DNA of 64,000 nucleotides from Candidatus Tenebribacter davisii (GCA_030765535.1 JAVCCH010000086.1:5930-69929), one strand, 5' to 3'. Positions 1 to 10,644 are shown, counted from the first letter of the stretch. Notes: generated by a model from the letters alone, not told the origin. Numbers and translations are program-made.

Positions 1-2
1 CC

Positions 3-737
3 AGGTACGGTATTCTTGCTTTCACGGATGCTGATTGTATCCCTACACTGAATTGGCTGCAACAGATTAATGCTCACTTTACCGAAAACACTGATATTAT
101 TGCTGGATATTCCTATGTGCAATATAAAAGTAAATTGTTTAAACTACTTAAGAATTTGGAGCGATCATCTATTTTTGCTGTTATAGCTGGAGGTTTTGGC
201 TGGAATTGGGGTATAACAATAACAGCGGGAAATATGGCTTATCGAAAAGGATTATATCACAAAGTTAATGGTTTTGATGATATTGGCACTATAAGATCCG
301 GTGATGATGTACTGATGATCCAGAAAATGAGTAAATATGCTCGCAATATGAGTTTTATGTTTCATCCAGATTCTATCATTAATACAGGCAGAAATGAAAC
401 TGCTGGCTCACAAGTACAACAGGAGACCAGAAGAGGTTCAAAATGGAAGTACTATATTATTCCGGTTAAAATAATGACACTTTTTATCTTCCTATACTAT
501 CTAATATTTACCGGATGCTTCTTAAGTTTGTTTTTAAATGTGTTCTCATTATCATTCTTCCTAAATATATTACTAATAAAAATAATTCCAGAATTTCTAT
601 TAATGACATTGTTTCTTATTAGAATAAAGAAGTTAAAATTAATGTGGGTCTTCCCTATTGCTGAATTGTTCTATATACCATATTTCATTTTTTTTGGTAT
701 CAAGGGAACTTGGGGAAAATATAAATGGAAAGAATAA
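3..737 (+). CDS. Glycosyltransferase family 2, membrane-anchored (5' truncated by window edge)
   Basis: Frame is open from base 3 (RYGILAFTDADCIP, DxD motif). It also has SGDD, a QxxRxxxW-like motif and C-terminal TM helices. Confidence 0.85.
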   Translation, partial: RYGILAFTDADCIPTLNWLQQINAHFTENTDIIAGYSYVQYKSKLFKLLKNLERSSIFAVIAGGFGWNWGITITAGNMAYRKGLYHKVNGFDDIGTIRSGDDVLMIQKMSKYARNMSFMFHPDSIINTGRNETAGSQVQQETRRGSKWKYYIIPVKIMTLFIFLYYLIFTGCFLSLFLNVFSLSFFLNILLIKIIPEFLLMTLFLIRIKKLKLMWVFPIAELFYIPYFIFFGIKGTWGKYKWKE

Positions 738-2167
738 AGCATCAGTTTGATGTCGTATTGATCTATCCTAGTGAAAATGTTAATGCTTTTTATTACATGA
801 TCCCATTGGGAATAGCTAGTATCGCAGCAGTACTTCTGGATAACAATATCTCTGTTAAAGCGATTGATCTTAATTTTTACTCAGGGGATCTTTTCAGAGA
901 TCTAGAGAAATGGAATCCTAAATTAGTTGGTATTGGAGGTACAACAGGCACTAGAAAAGGAAGTTACAAAATCGCAAAAATCTGTAAATCCGCTTTACCT
1001 TTGGTTCCTGTTGCCTATGGTGGTGTTCATGCAACTTTTACAGCTGAAGATACACTTTCAAACATAGAAGCAATTGATTATATAATAAAAGGTGAAGGTG
1101 AATTCTCATTTTTAGAACTTTATAATTCACTTAATGGAAAATCAAGTAAACAAATTTCCAAAATCCCGGGAATATCATTACGAATAGAAGATCAAATAAT
1201 TCATAATAAAGCAATAAGAATAGATAATCTAGATTCTCTTCCCATACCTGCCAGGAATATATTTGAAGGGAACTATCACTTGAAATTAGATTATCTCGGT
1301 CTTGATGCTGATTTTATGATGACATCAAGAGGATGTCCATTTGCCTGTAATTTTTGTGCAGCTTCCCGCATGTTTCCCGGTGGTGTCCGCTACCGTTCTA
1401 TGAAAAATATTAAGCAGGAGTTAGATCAAATACTTTCAACAAAAAAAATCCAGGCAATAAAACTTTTTGATAGTACATTCACAGCATCAAGAGAACACGT
1501 GCTGGCTTTCTGTGAGTTAATTTCTGGATACAATTTATTTTGGGAGTGTGAAATTAGAGTTGATACTGTAGATTTTGAACTTCTTGAGATTATGAGTAAT
1601 GCCGGATGCCGATATGTAGATATCGGTTTCGAAACAACAAATGAAAAAATATTAGCATCTATATTTAAAACAATAACAGTAAAGCAAGTTGAAGATGTTT
1701 TATCTTGGTGTAAAAAATTAGATATTAAGACAAAAGTATTTTTTACATTTGGACATCTTGGACAAAGCTATTCCAACTGCCTGGTAGATGTAAAATATAT
1801 TTTACAGAATAAAGCAAAAATGAACTTTTTTGCAACAACTATAGGTTTAAGGATTTATCCTGGAACAATGTTAGAGAAACAAACTAAAGATGCGGGCTTA
1901 ATGAAATCTGATTTTTCCTGGGTTAAGGATAAACCTAATCCTCTTCGATATCTGCTTTTTGAATTCGAAAATCAGCAAATACTCATTCAAAAAGAACTCG
2001 GATATTTTAAGTTGTCAATAATTCTCTGGAAACTTGTCTTTAATGGAACTGTAGGCTCACTGAACTTTATCTGGGAGCTGGTGGTTATTAACCTGCATAA
2101 ACTCTTAAAACTATTTCCAAGGTCATTAAGAACAATATCTTATAAAATTAAAAGAATATGGCATTAA
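725..2167 (+). CDS. B12-binding domain radical SAM protein
   Basis: N-terminal PLGIASIAA/GGVHAT/GEGE B12-binding domain; SRGCPFACNFC CxxxCxxC motif. Confidence 0.9.
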   Translation: MERIKHQFDVVLIYPSENVNAFYYMIPLGIASIAAVLLDNNISVKAIDLNFYSGDLFRDLEKWNPKLVGIGGTTGTRKGSYKIAKICKSALPLVPVAYGGVHATFTAEDTLSNIEAIDYIIKGEGEFSFLELYNSLNGKSSKQISKIPGISLRIEDQIIHNKAIRIDNLDSLPIPARNIFEGNYHLKLDYLGLDADFMMTSRGCPFACNFCAASRMFPGGVRYRSMKNIKQELDQILSTKKIQAIKLFDSTFTASREHVLAFCELISGYNLFWECEIRVDTVDFELLEIMSNAGCRYVDIGFETTNEKILASIFKTITVKQVEDVLSWCKKLDIKTKVFFTFGHLGQSYSNCLVDVKYILQNKAKMNFFATTIGLRIYPGTMLEKQTKDAGLMKSDFSWVKDKPNPLRYLLFEFENQQILIQKELGYFKLSIILWKLVFNGTVGSLNFIWELVVINLHKLLKLFPRSLRTISYKIKRIWH

Positions 2168-2199
2168 GATGATTTTATTATATTTTAAAACGTTTGATC

Positions 2200-2763
2200 A
2201 TGAATAATTTGAAAAATAAATACCAAAAAGAGTTATCGCTTTTTGAAACACAAAGAAGACATATGCGGCGTTTATGGAACATTTCTCAGAATACTGCTGA
2301 GCTACTTTATACTTTCGTTAAGATAAAAGCTCCTTCTCATATTTTGGAAATAGGAACTTCAAACGGATTTTCTACTTTTTGGCTATCACTTGCGGCGGAA
2401 ACCTGCAATGCAACAGTAAACACAATAGAGGTTCATGAAGGCAGATTTGCGCTTGCTAAAGAAAATCTGGCAAAAAGAGATAATATTATTCAGCGTTTTG
2501 GAAAAGCTGAATTGATCATTCCAGAACTTACAGATAAATTCGATTTTGTTTTTATTGATGCCGGCAAGATAAATTATGTAAATTATATAAAACTATTGGA
2601 AAATAAATTAAATGATAATGCTATAATAGTTGCAGATAATATAATTTCACATAAAAATACTGTTAAAGAATATCTTGACTATCTAGATAGTAATGAACTT
2701 TTTGATAGTGTAACATTGGATATTGATTCAGGAATAAGCCTTGCAGTATATAAGAAGAAATGA
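2200..2763 (+). CDS. Class I SAM-dependent O-methyltransferase (YrrM/caffeoyl-CoA OMT-like)
   Basis: ILEIGTSNGFS, FDFVFIDAGK and IVADNI motifs; ATG at 2200 preferred over TTG at 2194. Confidence 0.85.
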   Translation: MNNLKNKYQKELSLFETQRRHMRRLWNISQNTAELLYTFVKIKAPSHILEIGTSNGFSTFWLSLAAETCNATVNTIEVHEGRFALAKENLAKRDNIIQRFGKAELIIPELTDKFDFVFIDAGKINYVNYIKLLENKLNDNAIIVADNIISHKNTVKEYLDYLDSNELFDSVTLDIDSGISLAVYKKK

Positions 2764-2787
2764 AGCTTAAGAAGGAGTAATAAATTA

Positions 2788-3402
2788 ATGAACACTCCCG
2801 TTGTAATTGGAATTTCCGGTGGTACCGGCTCTGGTAAAAGTACAATAACGAATGCTATTCAAAAAGAAGTGGAAGATAAGATCACAACGATCCAGCAGGA
2901 TAGTTATTACAAAAATTTTGGTCATCTTCAACCACAAGAACAAAGTAAGATAAACTTTGATCATCCAAGTACTTTAGATAATGAACTTCTTATTAAACAT
3001 CTTAAACTACTAAAAAATAATCAAATGATTGAAATGCCGATCTATGATTTCAAAACACATTCACGAATGAAGAGAACTATAACAAAAAAACCATCAAAAT
3101 TAATAATTATTGAAGGTATCTTAATATTTGAAAATATTGAACTTAGAAACCTGTTGGACATCAAAATATTTGTCGATACATCTGCAGATATTAGAATATT
3201 AAGAAGGATCAAGCGTGATATGCAAGAACGCGGAAGAAGTTTCCAATCTATTGTTGATCAATATCACACTACTGTCAGACCAATGCATATTGAATTTGTA
3301 GAACCAAGTAAAAAATATGCAAATGTGATCATCCCTGAAGGTGGTCAGAATAAAATTGGTATTGATATGATCGTATCAAAAATAAAACAAATCATTAATT
3401 AA
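2788..3402 (+). CDS. udk: Uridine kinase
   Basis: GISGGTGSGKS P-loop, QDSYYK, NFDHP, RRIKRDMQERGR, FVEPSKKYA. Confidence 0.95.
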   Translation: MNTPVVIGISGGTGSGKSTITNAIQKEVEDKITTIQQDSYYKNFGHLQPQEQSKINFDHPSTLDNELLIKHLKLLKNNQMIEMPIYDFKTHSRMKRTITKKPSKLIIIEGILIFENIELRNLLDIKIFVDTSADIRILRRIKRDMQERGRSFQSIVDQYHTTVRPMHIEFVEPSKKYANVIIPEGGQNKIGIDMIVSKIKQIIN

Positions 3403-3413
3403 TTGGAGGAAAA

Positions 3414-4751
3414 ATGAAAATTAAGATTACAGTACTGATTCTTGTATTAATAACTTGTCTTTATTCAAATGACCAGGTAACTATCTATAATGATAATTTC
3501 TCTCTTGTTCGCTCTTCTATTGATCTTAAATTATCAAAAGGAATTCAAAGTTATTTTATGGATGACATCCCCATGACAATAGAAGCAAATTCTGTTATCA
3601 TTAAGCCATTAAATACTGGAATTGAGATATTTTCACAGAATTATGAATATGATCTGGCAAATACTTCAAAAATCCTGGAGAAGTATATTGGTGAGGATCT
3701 CGAGATCATCACAAAAAATGATACAAAATTTTTAGGCAAATTACAATTCAATGATATTAATACTATTGGTATTATAGAAAACAATACAAATAAACTTATA
3801 CTAGTTCAAAGAGACGAAATTAAAAATATCAATTTAGCAGAACTTCCCGCAAATTTCTTTTTAAAACCAACATTACACTGGCGTTTAAATTCAAATAAAG
3901 CAGGTAATTTCCCTGTAGATTTCTCTTATATGTGCACTGGAATGAAATGGGATGTTACCTACAATACTATATGGAATGATGATAAGGGAAAACTGGAGAT
4001 TAACAGTTGGGTTACAATAAATAATCAGACTGGTAAAGCTTTCAATGACACTAAATTAAAACTTATTGCCGGTGATGTTCAGAGGATAAAAAAGTATGTT
4101 GAATCACGTACTTATGATAAATTTGCTGTTGAAACAACTAATGGAAGTGCACCTGGTTTTGCAGAAAAAGCATTTCATGATTTCCATATGTATACTTTAA
4201 GTGAAAATGTTAATATAAATAATAATCAGACAAAACAATTACGTTTGTTCCCAACTAAAAAAGTGAATGCACAATCTAAATATGAATATAAAACAGGTTC
4301 AAAAGATGTGCAAAGTAGGATCAAGTTCATTAATTCACAAAAAGAAGGATTAGGATTACCATTACCTAAAGGTATTGTGAAGATATATAAACTAGATGAT
4401 TCTGATAATGAACTGGAATTTATAGGTGAAGATAATTTAGATCATACAGCAAAAGATGAAGAGATCCTTCTTACTACCGGTAATGCCTTTGATCTTATCG
4501 GAAAAACAGAAACTATCAAGTACAGAAAAATATCACCAAAAATTCAGGAAAGAGATATGAAGGTAACCTTGAAGAATAGATCAAAAAAAACAAAAACCAT
4601 TACTGTTCATCATAATTTATATAGTGATTGGTCAATTTTAAAGCATAGTCTACCTTTTATAAAGAAAAATGCAACTCTGATAAATTTTGAAAAGAAATTA
4701 GAACCTAACGAAATTTACGAATTAACCTGGACTGAAAGAATAGAATCTTAA
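3414..4751 (+). CDS. DUF4139-family secreted protein
   Basis: Signal peptide; VTIYNDNFSLVR, QNYEYDL, LKLIAGDV and FIGEDNLDHT are typical of the family. Confidence 0.8.
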   Translation: MKIKITVLILVLITCLYSNDQVTIYNDNFSLVRSSIDLKLSKGIQSYFMDDIPMTIEANSVIIKPLNTGIEIFSQNYEYDLANTSKILEKYIGEDLEIITKNDTKFLGKLQFNDINTIGIIENNTNKLILVQRDEIKNINLAELPANFFLKPTLHWRLNSNKAGNFPVDFSYMCTGMKWDVTYNTIWNDDKGKLEINSWVTINNQTGKAFNDTKLKLIAGDVQRIKKYVESRTYDKFAVETTNGSAPGFAEKAFHDFHMYTLSENVNINNNQTKQLRLFPTKKVNAQSKYEYKTGSKDVQSRIKFINSQKEGLGLPLPKGIVKIYKLDDSDNELEFIGEDNLDHTAKDEEILLTTGNAFDLIGKTETIKYRKISPKIQERDMKVTLKNRSKKTKTITVHHNLYSDWSILKHSLPFIKKNATLINFEKKLEPNEIYELTWTERIES

Positions 4752-4764
4752 GATAGGAGAAAAA

Positions 4765-5718
4765 ATGGAAATTAACTTGTTATCATTTGATGAGATGCTG
4801 CATAATTTACTTAAAAAGCATGAATTAGAAGAGCAATTGAGCCACATTATTCGCAATATAGAAGATGAATTTAATTTTCAATCATTGGGAATATATCTTA
4901 AAGTACCAAATTCAAATATTTTTAGAATGAAGATATCACGTTATATCAGTCATACTTTTTCAAAAAATTCAATCTTCACGAAAGGTGATCCGCTGATAAA
5001 AGAACTGATGCAGTTAAAATTTCTTGATCTTCAAACACCTGGCAGATACAAATTTGAAAAAGACTATTCACATTTATTAATACAACCACTTCATCATGAT
5101 GATAATTTGCTTGGATTTATGTTTATCGATAAAGACAATGAAATATTTGAAAGTACTGAAATGACGAAGATAAAATTATTTTCATCCATAATCTCTCTGG
5201 TCGTACAGATCTATATTTTTAGTACTGAGATCGAGCAGCATCGTGGATTATATGAAACTGCAAAAGTATACACATTTAAGACATTTATAGACAAAAGTGA
5301 TGTCATATATTCTATGATGAAACGTTACAACAGGTACCTCTCAATTGCTGTAGTAAAAATAGAGAATTTTGAAAGTATTGTCAGAACGATCGGTGAGCAT
5401 GAAACTGCTGATCTATTAAAACAGATTTCTTATATCATCAAAAGTGATATGCGTGATACTGATATCCTGGGTAAGATCCATAAAGATACATTCGCAGTTT
5501 TGATGCCTGAAACTTCCAGCAAGAATAGCCTAATAACCATAAATCGAGTTAATAACAGGATCATGAAGTTAACAATAATGAAAGTATGTAAAATCGGATG
5601 GGGACTTGCCAGTAAAGGTGATGAGACTAAAGATGTTTCTGAACTTCTTAAATTTGCTGAGCATGCCTCAAATGATTCCAATAGAAAAGAAGAAGGTAAT
5701 ATAACAATTTATAAGTGA
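4765..5718 (+). CDS. GAF-like plus degenerate GGDEF domain protein
   Basis: GEHETADLLKQIS..RDTDILGKIHKDTFAVLMPET follows the GGDEF fold but lacks GG(D/E)EF. Confidence 0.75.
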   Translation: MEINLLSFDEMLHNLLKKHELEEQLSHIIRNIEDEFNFQSLGIYLKVPNSNIFRMKISRYISHTFSKNSIFTKGDPLIKELMQLKFLDLQTPGRYKFEKDYSHLLIQPLHHDDNLLGFMFIDKDNEIFESTEMTKIKLFSSIISLVVQIYIFSTEIEQHRGLYETAKVYTFKTFIDKSDVIYSMMKRYNRYLSIAVVKIENFESIVRTIGEHETADLLKQISYIIKSDMRDTDILGKIHKDTFAVLMPETSSKNSLITINRVNNRIMKLTIMKVCKIGWGLASKGDETKDVSELLKFAEHASNDSNRKEEGNITIYK

Positions 5719-5735
5719 TAATAAAAATTTAAAAA

Positions 5736-5767
5736 AAAGATCTTCAAGGTAATCCTTGAAGATCTTT
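5736..5767. terminator. Bidirectional intrinsic terminator
   Basis: AAAGATCTTCAAGG-TAAT-CCTTGAAGATCTTT perfect 14-bp stem between convergent genes. Confidence 0.85.
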
Positions 5768-5771
5768 ATAT

Positions 5772-6476
5772 TTATTCAACAATTAATTTCATTGTAAGTA
5801 CTGCTTCAGAAAGACCGGAAAAAACAGCACGGGAAATTATGCTATGTCCAATATTGAATTCTTCAAAAATATTTAAATCAACTAATTTCTGGGTATTATA
5901 ATAGTTCAAACCATGGCCGGCTACAGCACGCATCCCAAGCTTTTTAATTAAAATTGCTGCGTCATTGATTCTTTTTATTTCATTATTTATATCGATCTTG
6001 TTTTTAAAATTTGCATATTTTCCAGTATGGATCTCTACAGTATCAGCACCAAGATCTTTTGCTTTTTTTATCATTTTGATGTCCGGTTCAATAAAAACAC
6101 TAACTTCAATTCCAGCTTTTTTCAAAGTAGCAAAAACTTCTCTATGCTTTTCTTTTAAGATCAAACCGCCTTCGGTGGTAAGTTCTTCTCTTTTTTCCGG
6201 TACCAGTGTAACAGTATCAGGTTTAATAGCGCAAGCAATAGAAATCATTTCCTCTGTTGAAGCCATTTCTAAATTCAGTTTTGTTTGTATAGTCTGTCTC
6301 AGTAACTTAAGATCACGTTCTTGCATATGTCTTCTATCTTCTCTCACGTGAATCGTTATTTGGTCTGCCCCATTTTGTTCAGCAATACCTGCAGCATATA
6401 CCGGTTCCGGTTCGATCCCTTTTCTAGCTTCCCTTAATGTTGCAATATGATCTATATTTACACCTAATAATGCCAT
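5772..6476 (-). CDS. pdxJ: Pyridoxine 5'-phosphate synthase
   Basis: LGVNIDHIATLREAR, HVREDRRH, LVPEKREELTTEGGL, AGHGL, NIGHSII. Confidence 0.97.
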   Translation of the reverse strand: MALLGVNIDHIATLREARKGIEPEPVYAAGIAEQNGADQITIHVREDRRHMQERDLKLLRQTIQTKLNLEMASTEEMISIACAIKPDTVTLVPEKREELTTEGGLILKEKHREVFATLKKAGIEVSVFIEPDIKMIKKAKDLGADTVEIHTGKYANFKNKIDINNEIKRINDAAILIKKLGMRAVAGHGLNYYNTQKLVDLNIFEEFNIGHSIISRAVFSGLSEAVLTMKLIVE

Positions 6477-6494
6477 TTTAATTCTCCCCTAAAT

Positions 6495-7346
6495 TTATAA
6501 TTCTTTATGCTTGATAACTATTTCAGCTTTGCTGCGAAGTCCTTTGAGATATTTAATTAATTTCAATTCTGAATCTATCTTCTTAAGACGATCTTGCAGA
6601 GCATCTTTTACTTCTCCAAAATTAGCAGTTACACTATCCTTTCTACCTGTATTCATAATTATATGATAACCAAATTTTGTTTTAACCGGCTTACTGATTT
6701 CATATTGTTTTAAGTTAAATGCAACATCTTCAAAACCCTTAACCATCTTCCCCTTAGGAAAGAATCCTAAATCTCCGCGATGGCACTTACTAGGGCAATC
6801 AGAACATTCTGCTGCTATTCTTTGAAAATCTTCAGTAGTTTTAATTTGATCATGTAATTCCTGAGCTTTCTTTAAACTTTTTTCATCAGTTCCTTTTATC
6901 AAGATATGGGAAGCTTTAATCATCTCTTGAGTTTTAAATGAATCAATATTTTCTTCATATATTTCTTTAAGCTTATCCACAGAAGTTTCAGAATTATCAG
7001 TAAAATTTGTTTTTATATAATGAGAGATCAAGAGATTATTTTTTATCCTGTCTTTGATCATTTCAATATTTAAATTATTTTCATTTAACATATCATTGAA
7101 TTCATCAGCTGATTCGAATTTTAATTTAAGTTCGACCATTTCATGTTCAATATCATCTTCAGGAATTTTTGTTTTAGAATCTTTAGCTGATGTTAAAAGC
7201 AAATATCCATCTATAAGCTGCTCTATTGCTCTTTTTTTTGCTTGTTCATTTGGCTGTGAAATGTGCATGCATTTCAACACTTCTTTTAATTCAGCCTGAT
7301 ACTCATGAAAATCAATTTCATAATCATTTACTCTTGCTACGATCAT
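6495..7346 (-). CDS. Parvulin/PpiC-type peptidyl-prolyl isomerase with SurA-like N-domain
   Basis: ASHILIK, SDCPS..GDLGFF, MVKGFEDVAF, KTKFGYHII. Confidence 0.9.
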   Translation of the reverse strand: MIVARVNDYEIDFHEYQAELKEVLKCMHISQPNEQAKKRAIEQLIDGYLLLTSAKDSKTKIPEDDIEHEMVELKLKFESADEFNDMLNENNLNIEMIKDRIKNNLLISHYIKTNFTDNSETSVDKLKEIYEENIDSFKTQEMIKASHILIKGTDEKSLKKAQELHDQIKTTEDFQRIAAECSDCPSKCHRGDLGFFPKGKMVKGFEDVAFNLKQYEISKPVKTKFGYHIIMNTGRKDSVTANFGEVKDALQDRLKKIDSELKLIKYLKGLRSKAEIVIKHKEL

Positions 7347-8284
7347 TTATTCTCCTGCATTTTTTGCTTTATTTCTTTTACGATATTTGAAAAGTTAATG
7401 CGTTTACTATCTAATGTCAAATCAAAATCAATTTTTCTATACCAGGTGAACTGCCTTTTGGCAAAATTGCGTGTATTCTGTTTTATTTTATCAATACATT
7501 CATCAATTTCAGCATCACCTGCCAGGAAAGGGTAGAATTCTTTATAACCGACAGAATTCATGCCGGGATCTGTCTTCTTATAACCTTTTTTCATAAGATC
7601 TTCCATCTCATTTAGCAATCCCCTGTCTATCATTGTATCTACTCGATCGTTTATTCTGTTGTAAAGTAATCCACGATTTTCTGTTACCAGGATATTCACA
7701 GTTTGGAAGTTCTTTTCCTCAATTGTATCTTCTTTCCATAATTGTGTTATAGTTTTCCCGGTTGTTCTATATATCTCTAATGCTCTTAAAATTCTATTTG
7801 AATCGTTTTCATTTATTCTTGCAGCTGATTCCGGATCTATCTCTGTTAACTTATTGTAAAAATATTCTGTCCCTTTTTCTATTATTGATTTCCTGAGATC
7901 TTTCCGGATGTCTCCTGGTATTTCAGGAGCTTTAAAAATTCCTTCCAGAAGTGCTTTTATATAAAATCCTGTACCACCGCATACAATTGGTATCTTTTTT
8001 TGCTCTGAGACCTGTTTTATTATTTTAACTGCATCTGCTGCAAATGATCCTGCACTGTAATCTTCATCAGGATTTATGATATCAATAAGGTAATGTTTGA
8101 TTTTATTTTGATACTCTATAGAAGGTTTTGCAGTTCCTATATCCATATATTTATAAACTTGTCTTGAATCTGCTGAGATTATAGAAGAATCCAGTGCTTC
8201 TGCAAGATTCATTGCAATTCTACTCTTTCCGGAAGCAGTTGGTCCTTGAATGACAATGAGTGTGATTTTATTACTTTCTATCAT
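7343..8284 (-). CDS. miaA: tRNA dimethylallyltransferase
   Basis: GPTASGKS, DSRQVYKYMDIGTAKP, GGTGFY, TRNFAKRQFTW; directly follows mutL. Confidence 0.97.
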   Translation of the reverse strand: MIESNKITLIVIQGPTASGKSRIAMNLAEALDSSIISADSRQVYKYMDIGTAKPSIEYQNKIKHYLIDIINPDEDYSAGSFAADAVKIIKQVSEQKKIPIVCGGTGFYIKALLEGIFKAPEIPGDIRKDLRKSIIEKGTEYFYNKLTEIDPESAARINENDSNRILRALEIYRTTGKTITQLWKEDTIEEKNFQTVNILVTENRGLLYNRINDRVDTMIDRGLLNEMEDLMKKGYKKTDPGMNSVGYKEFYPFLAGDAEIDECIDKIKQNTRNFAKRQFTWYRKIDFDLTLDSKRINFSNIVKEIKQKMQENK

Positions 8285-10116
8285 GTGGTACGTTTAAATT
8301 TTTTCTCGAATTCAGGCATTGTCATCTTAATGATAAGAGGTCTGCCATGAGGGCAGAAATAAGGAACTTCACAGGCAAATAGATCATTAATTAGTGCCAG
8401 CATTTCCTTCCTGTTCATTTTCCTTCCTGCTTTTATTGCAGCTTTACAGGCTACAGATTTCGAAAGGCTGTCACGGAAATCTTCGGTCTGCTCAAATTCA
8501 TCTTCTATTTGTTTGATAATATCTATGAAAATATCTCCACCATCCCAATCTTCAAGTTCAATTGGTATTTCATCAATAACAATGGAATCACCGCTAAATG
8601 TTTTGATTGAAAAACCTATCTTATTGAAAATATCAATATTTTCTGAGATCAACTCTGGAATGGTATTACTTAGATGTGGCGGCAGATCAATAACGATTGG
8701 AAATAATAATTTCTGCGTTTGAGCTGGAGCACCATGAATTCTATGTAATATCTTTTCATAGATTATTCTTTCATGAGCAGCATGCTGATCAATGATCATC
8801 AGACCCTCTTCTACCTGTACAAAAATGTAACTTTGGTGTAATTGCCATGGATTTATTACATCTTCTTCAGTTCTCAGGAACATATCAATCTTTTGATCTT
8901 TGATGTTTTTCTCAATTTGAATTTCATCTTCTGTCTTCTTTCTAAAAAGATCTGGTTGATATATTTCTTTCAGCTCCTTTTTAACTTGATTGAAACGTTT
9001 TTTTCCCATTTTATCATTAAATATTCTCGATTCAACTTTTGTAGTTTTATTAGTTTGATAAGATGAGCTCATTATATTTTTTATCTGTTTAAATTTATCT
9101 TCTTCATATTTTAAGAGTAAGTTTTCAATAGTTTTTTTTACAAAGCTATACACTTTACCGGGATCTCGAAAACGAATCTCCATTTTAGCTGGATGGACAT
9201 TGAAATCTACATGTTGTGGATCAACATTTAGAAATAGAATATATGGCGGTGTCTTACCTTGCTGGAATATACGAAGTTTCTTCATAAAAGGGTCATATGC
9301 TGACCTGAGACTATGTAAAATGATTTTGTCGCGAATATACCTACCATTAACAAATAGATACCTGTAATCCGCTAAACCCTCTTTCTCTTCGTTTAATCCA
9401 CTTATGTAACCAGATAGTTTTATTCCCAGTCCTTTTTCAGAAACTTCAATTAGATCCTTTTTTAAAAAATCACTACCAAAAACTGTAGTCATTCTTGCTT
9501 TTATCTCTTGAACAGCAGGATAATTTATCTTCTCTCTTCCTTCTGATAGAAAACGAAAATGAATTCTTGGATAGAGTATAGATTGGTAATGAACATAATT
9601 TAATATATGCTTCAATTCTACCTGATCTGATTTTAGAAATTTTCTTCTCGCCGGGACATTACTGAATAGATTCCTAACTGTTATTGAAGTACCGGTATTA
9701 GCAGAAGTTTTAGAAAAATCTTTTAGTTTTCCTCCGCCAAATTCAACTCTGGCAGCTACTTCACTCTCTGCATCTTTTGAAATGAGAATTAAGTGACTCA
9801 CTGAAGCAATACTGGGAAGTGCTTCACCCCTGAAGCCAAGGGACGATATATTGAAAATATCTTCTATTGTATTAATTTTACTTGTAGCATGCCTCTCAAA
9901 AGCTTGTAGTGCATCATTTTCACTCATACCTCTTCCGTTATCAATAACGCGTATAAGCTTCTTGCCGCCACTTTCAATATGTATCGTTATTTGTGATGCC
10001 TTGGAATCTATAGAGTTTTCTACTAATTCTTTAACAACCGATACAGGTCGCTCTATAACCTCTCCAGCAGCAATACGATTTGCAACTTCTTCTGATAATA
10101 CTTTAATTCTACCCAT
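8281..10116 (-). CDS. mutL: DNA mismatch repair protein MutL
   Basis: IAAGEVIERP, GFRGEAL, DQHAAHER endonuclease motif, CPHGRP. Confidence 0.98.
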   Translation of the reverse strand: MGRIKVLSEEVANRIAAGEVIERPVSVVKELVENSIDSKASQITIHIESGGKKLIRVIDNGRGMSENDALQAFERHATSKINTIEDIFNISSLGFRGEALPSIASVSHLILISKDAESEVAARVEFGGGKLKDFSKTSANTGTSITVRNLFSNVPARRKFLKSDQVELKHILNYVHYQSILYPRIHFRFLSEGREKINYPAVQEIKARMTTVFGSDFLKKDLIEVSEKGLGIKLSGYISGLNEEKEGLADYRYLFVNGRYIRDKIILHSLRSAYDPFMKKLRIFQQGKTPPYILFLNVDPQHVDFNVHPAKMEIRFRDPGKVYSFVKKTIENLLLKYEEDKFKQIKNIMSSSYQTNKTTKVESRIFNDKMGKKRFNQVKKELKEIYQPDLFRKKTEDEIQIEKNIKDQKIDMFLRTEEDVINPWQLHQSYIFVQVEEGLMIIDQHAAHERIIYEKILHRIHGAPAQTQKLLFPIVIDLPPHLSNTIPELISENIDIFNKIGFSIKTFSGDSIVIDEIPIELEDWDGGDIFIDIIKQIEDEFEQTEDFRDSLSKSVACKAAIKAGRKMNRKEMLALINDLFACEVPYFCPHGRPLIIKMTMPEFEKKFKRTT

Positions 10117-10158
10117 TTTTATATTCTTTTTAAATTTATTTAATTGTTTTGATTAATT

Positions 10159-10596
10159 CTAATCAATCATATCAAAACAATCCATCTCTTTTATAAACGG
10201 CTTGATGTCTAAAAGTGGTGTTCCGTCTATAATGTCAATATTAGTTATGTTTATTATATTACTCTTGATACTCTCTAATCTAACAATAGACAAACCGATC
10301 TGATTTGGTCTGTGCGGACTTCTGGTTGCAAACACTCCACTTGTATGATTTTTTCTATAGGGTACAACTTGCAGATTGTAGTCATAAGAAAGATGAAAGT
10401 TGAAAAGAAGAACGATATGAGAAAACTTTTCCAGACATTTCAATCCATCTACAAACTCAGGGAATATTTCCACTGTTGCTTTCACATCTCTTCCTTCATA
10501 TGGTTGTTTAGGAATTTCATTCCTGTCTTTGAAAGGCGAATGGATGATCCCGATAGGTTTGGATAATACTTCTTTTTGATCATTCTTTAAATTCAT
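10159..10596 (-). CDS. tsaA: tRNA (N6-threonylcarbamoyladenosine-37-N6)-methyltransferase TrmO/TsaA-like
   Basis: PIGIIHSPF, GVFATRSPHRPNQIGLS, DGTPLLDIKP; ATG at 10596 is preceded by a GGAG RBS. Confidence 0.9.
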   Translation of the reverse strand: MNLKNDQKEVLSKPIGIIHSPFKDRNEIPKQPYEGRDVKATVEIFPEFVDGLKCLEKFSHIVLLFNFHLSYDYNLQVVPYRKNHTSGVFATRSPHRPNQIGLSIVRLESIKSNIINITNIDIIDGTPLLDIKPFIKEMDCFDMID

Positions 10597-10615
10597 CAAT
10601 ACTCCACAAATATAA

Positions 10616-10644
10616 AGCCTGCCAAGAAACAATCTCGGCAGGCT
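10616..10644 (-). terminator. Probable intrinsic terminator after nifJ
   Basis: Minus strand AGCCTGCCGAGA-TTGTT-TCTTGGCAGGCT (12-bp stem with one G-U), then a T-rich tail. Confidence 0.7.
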
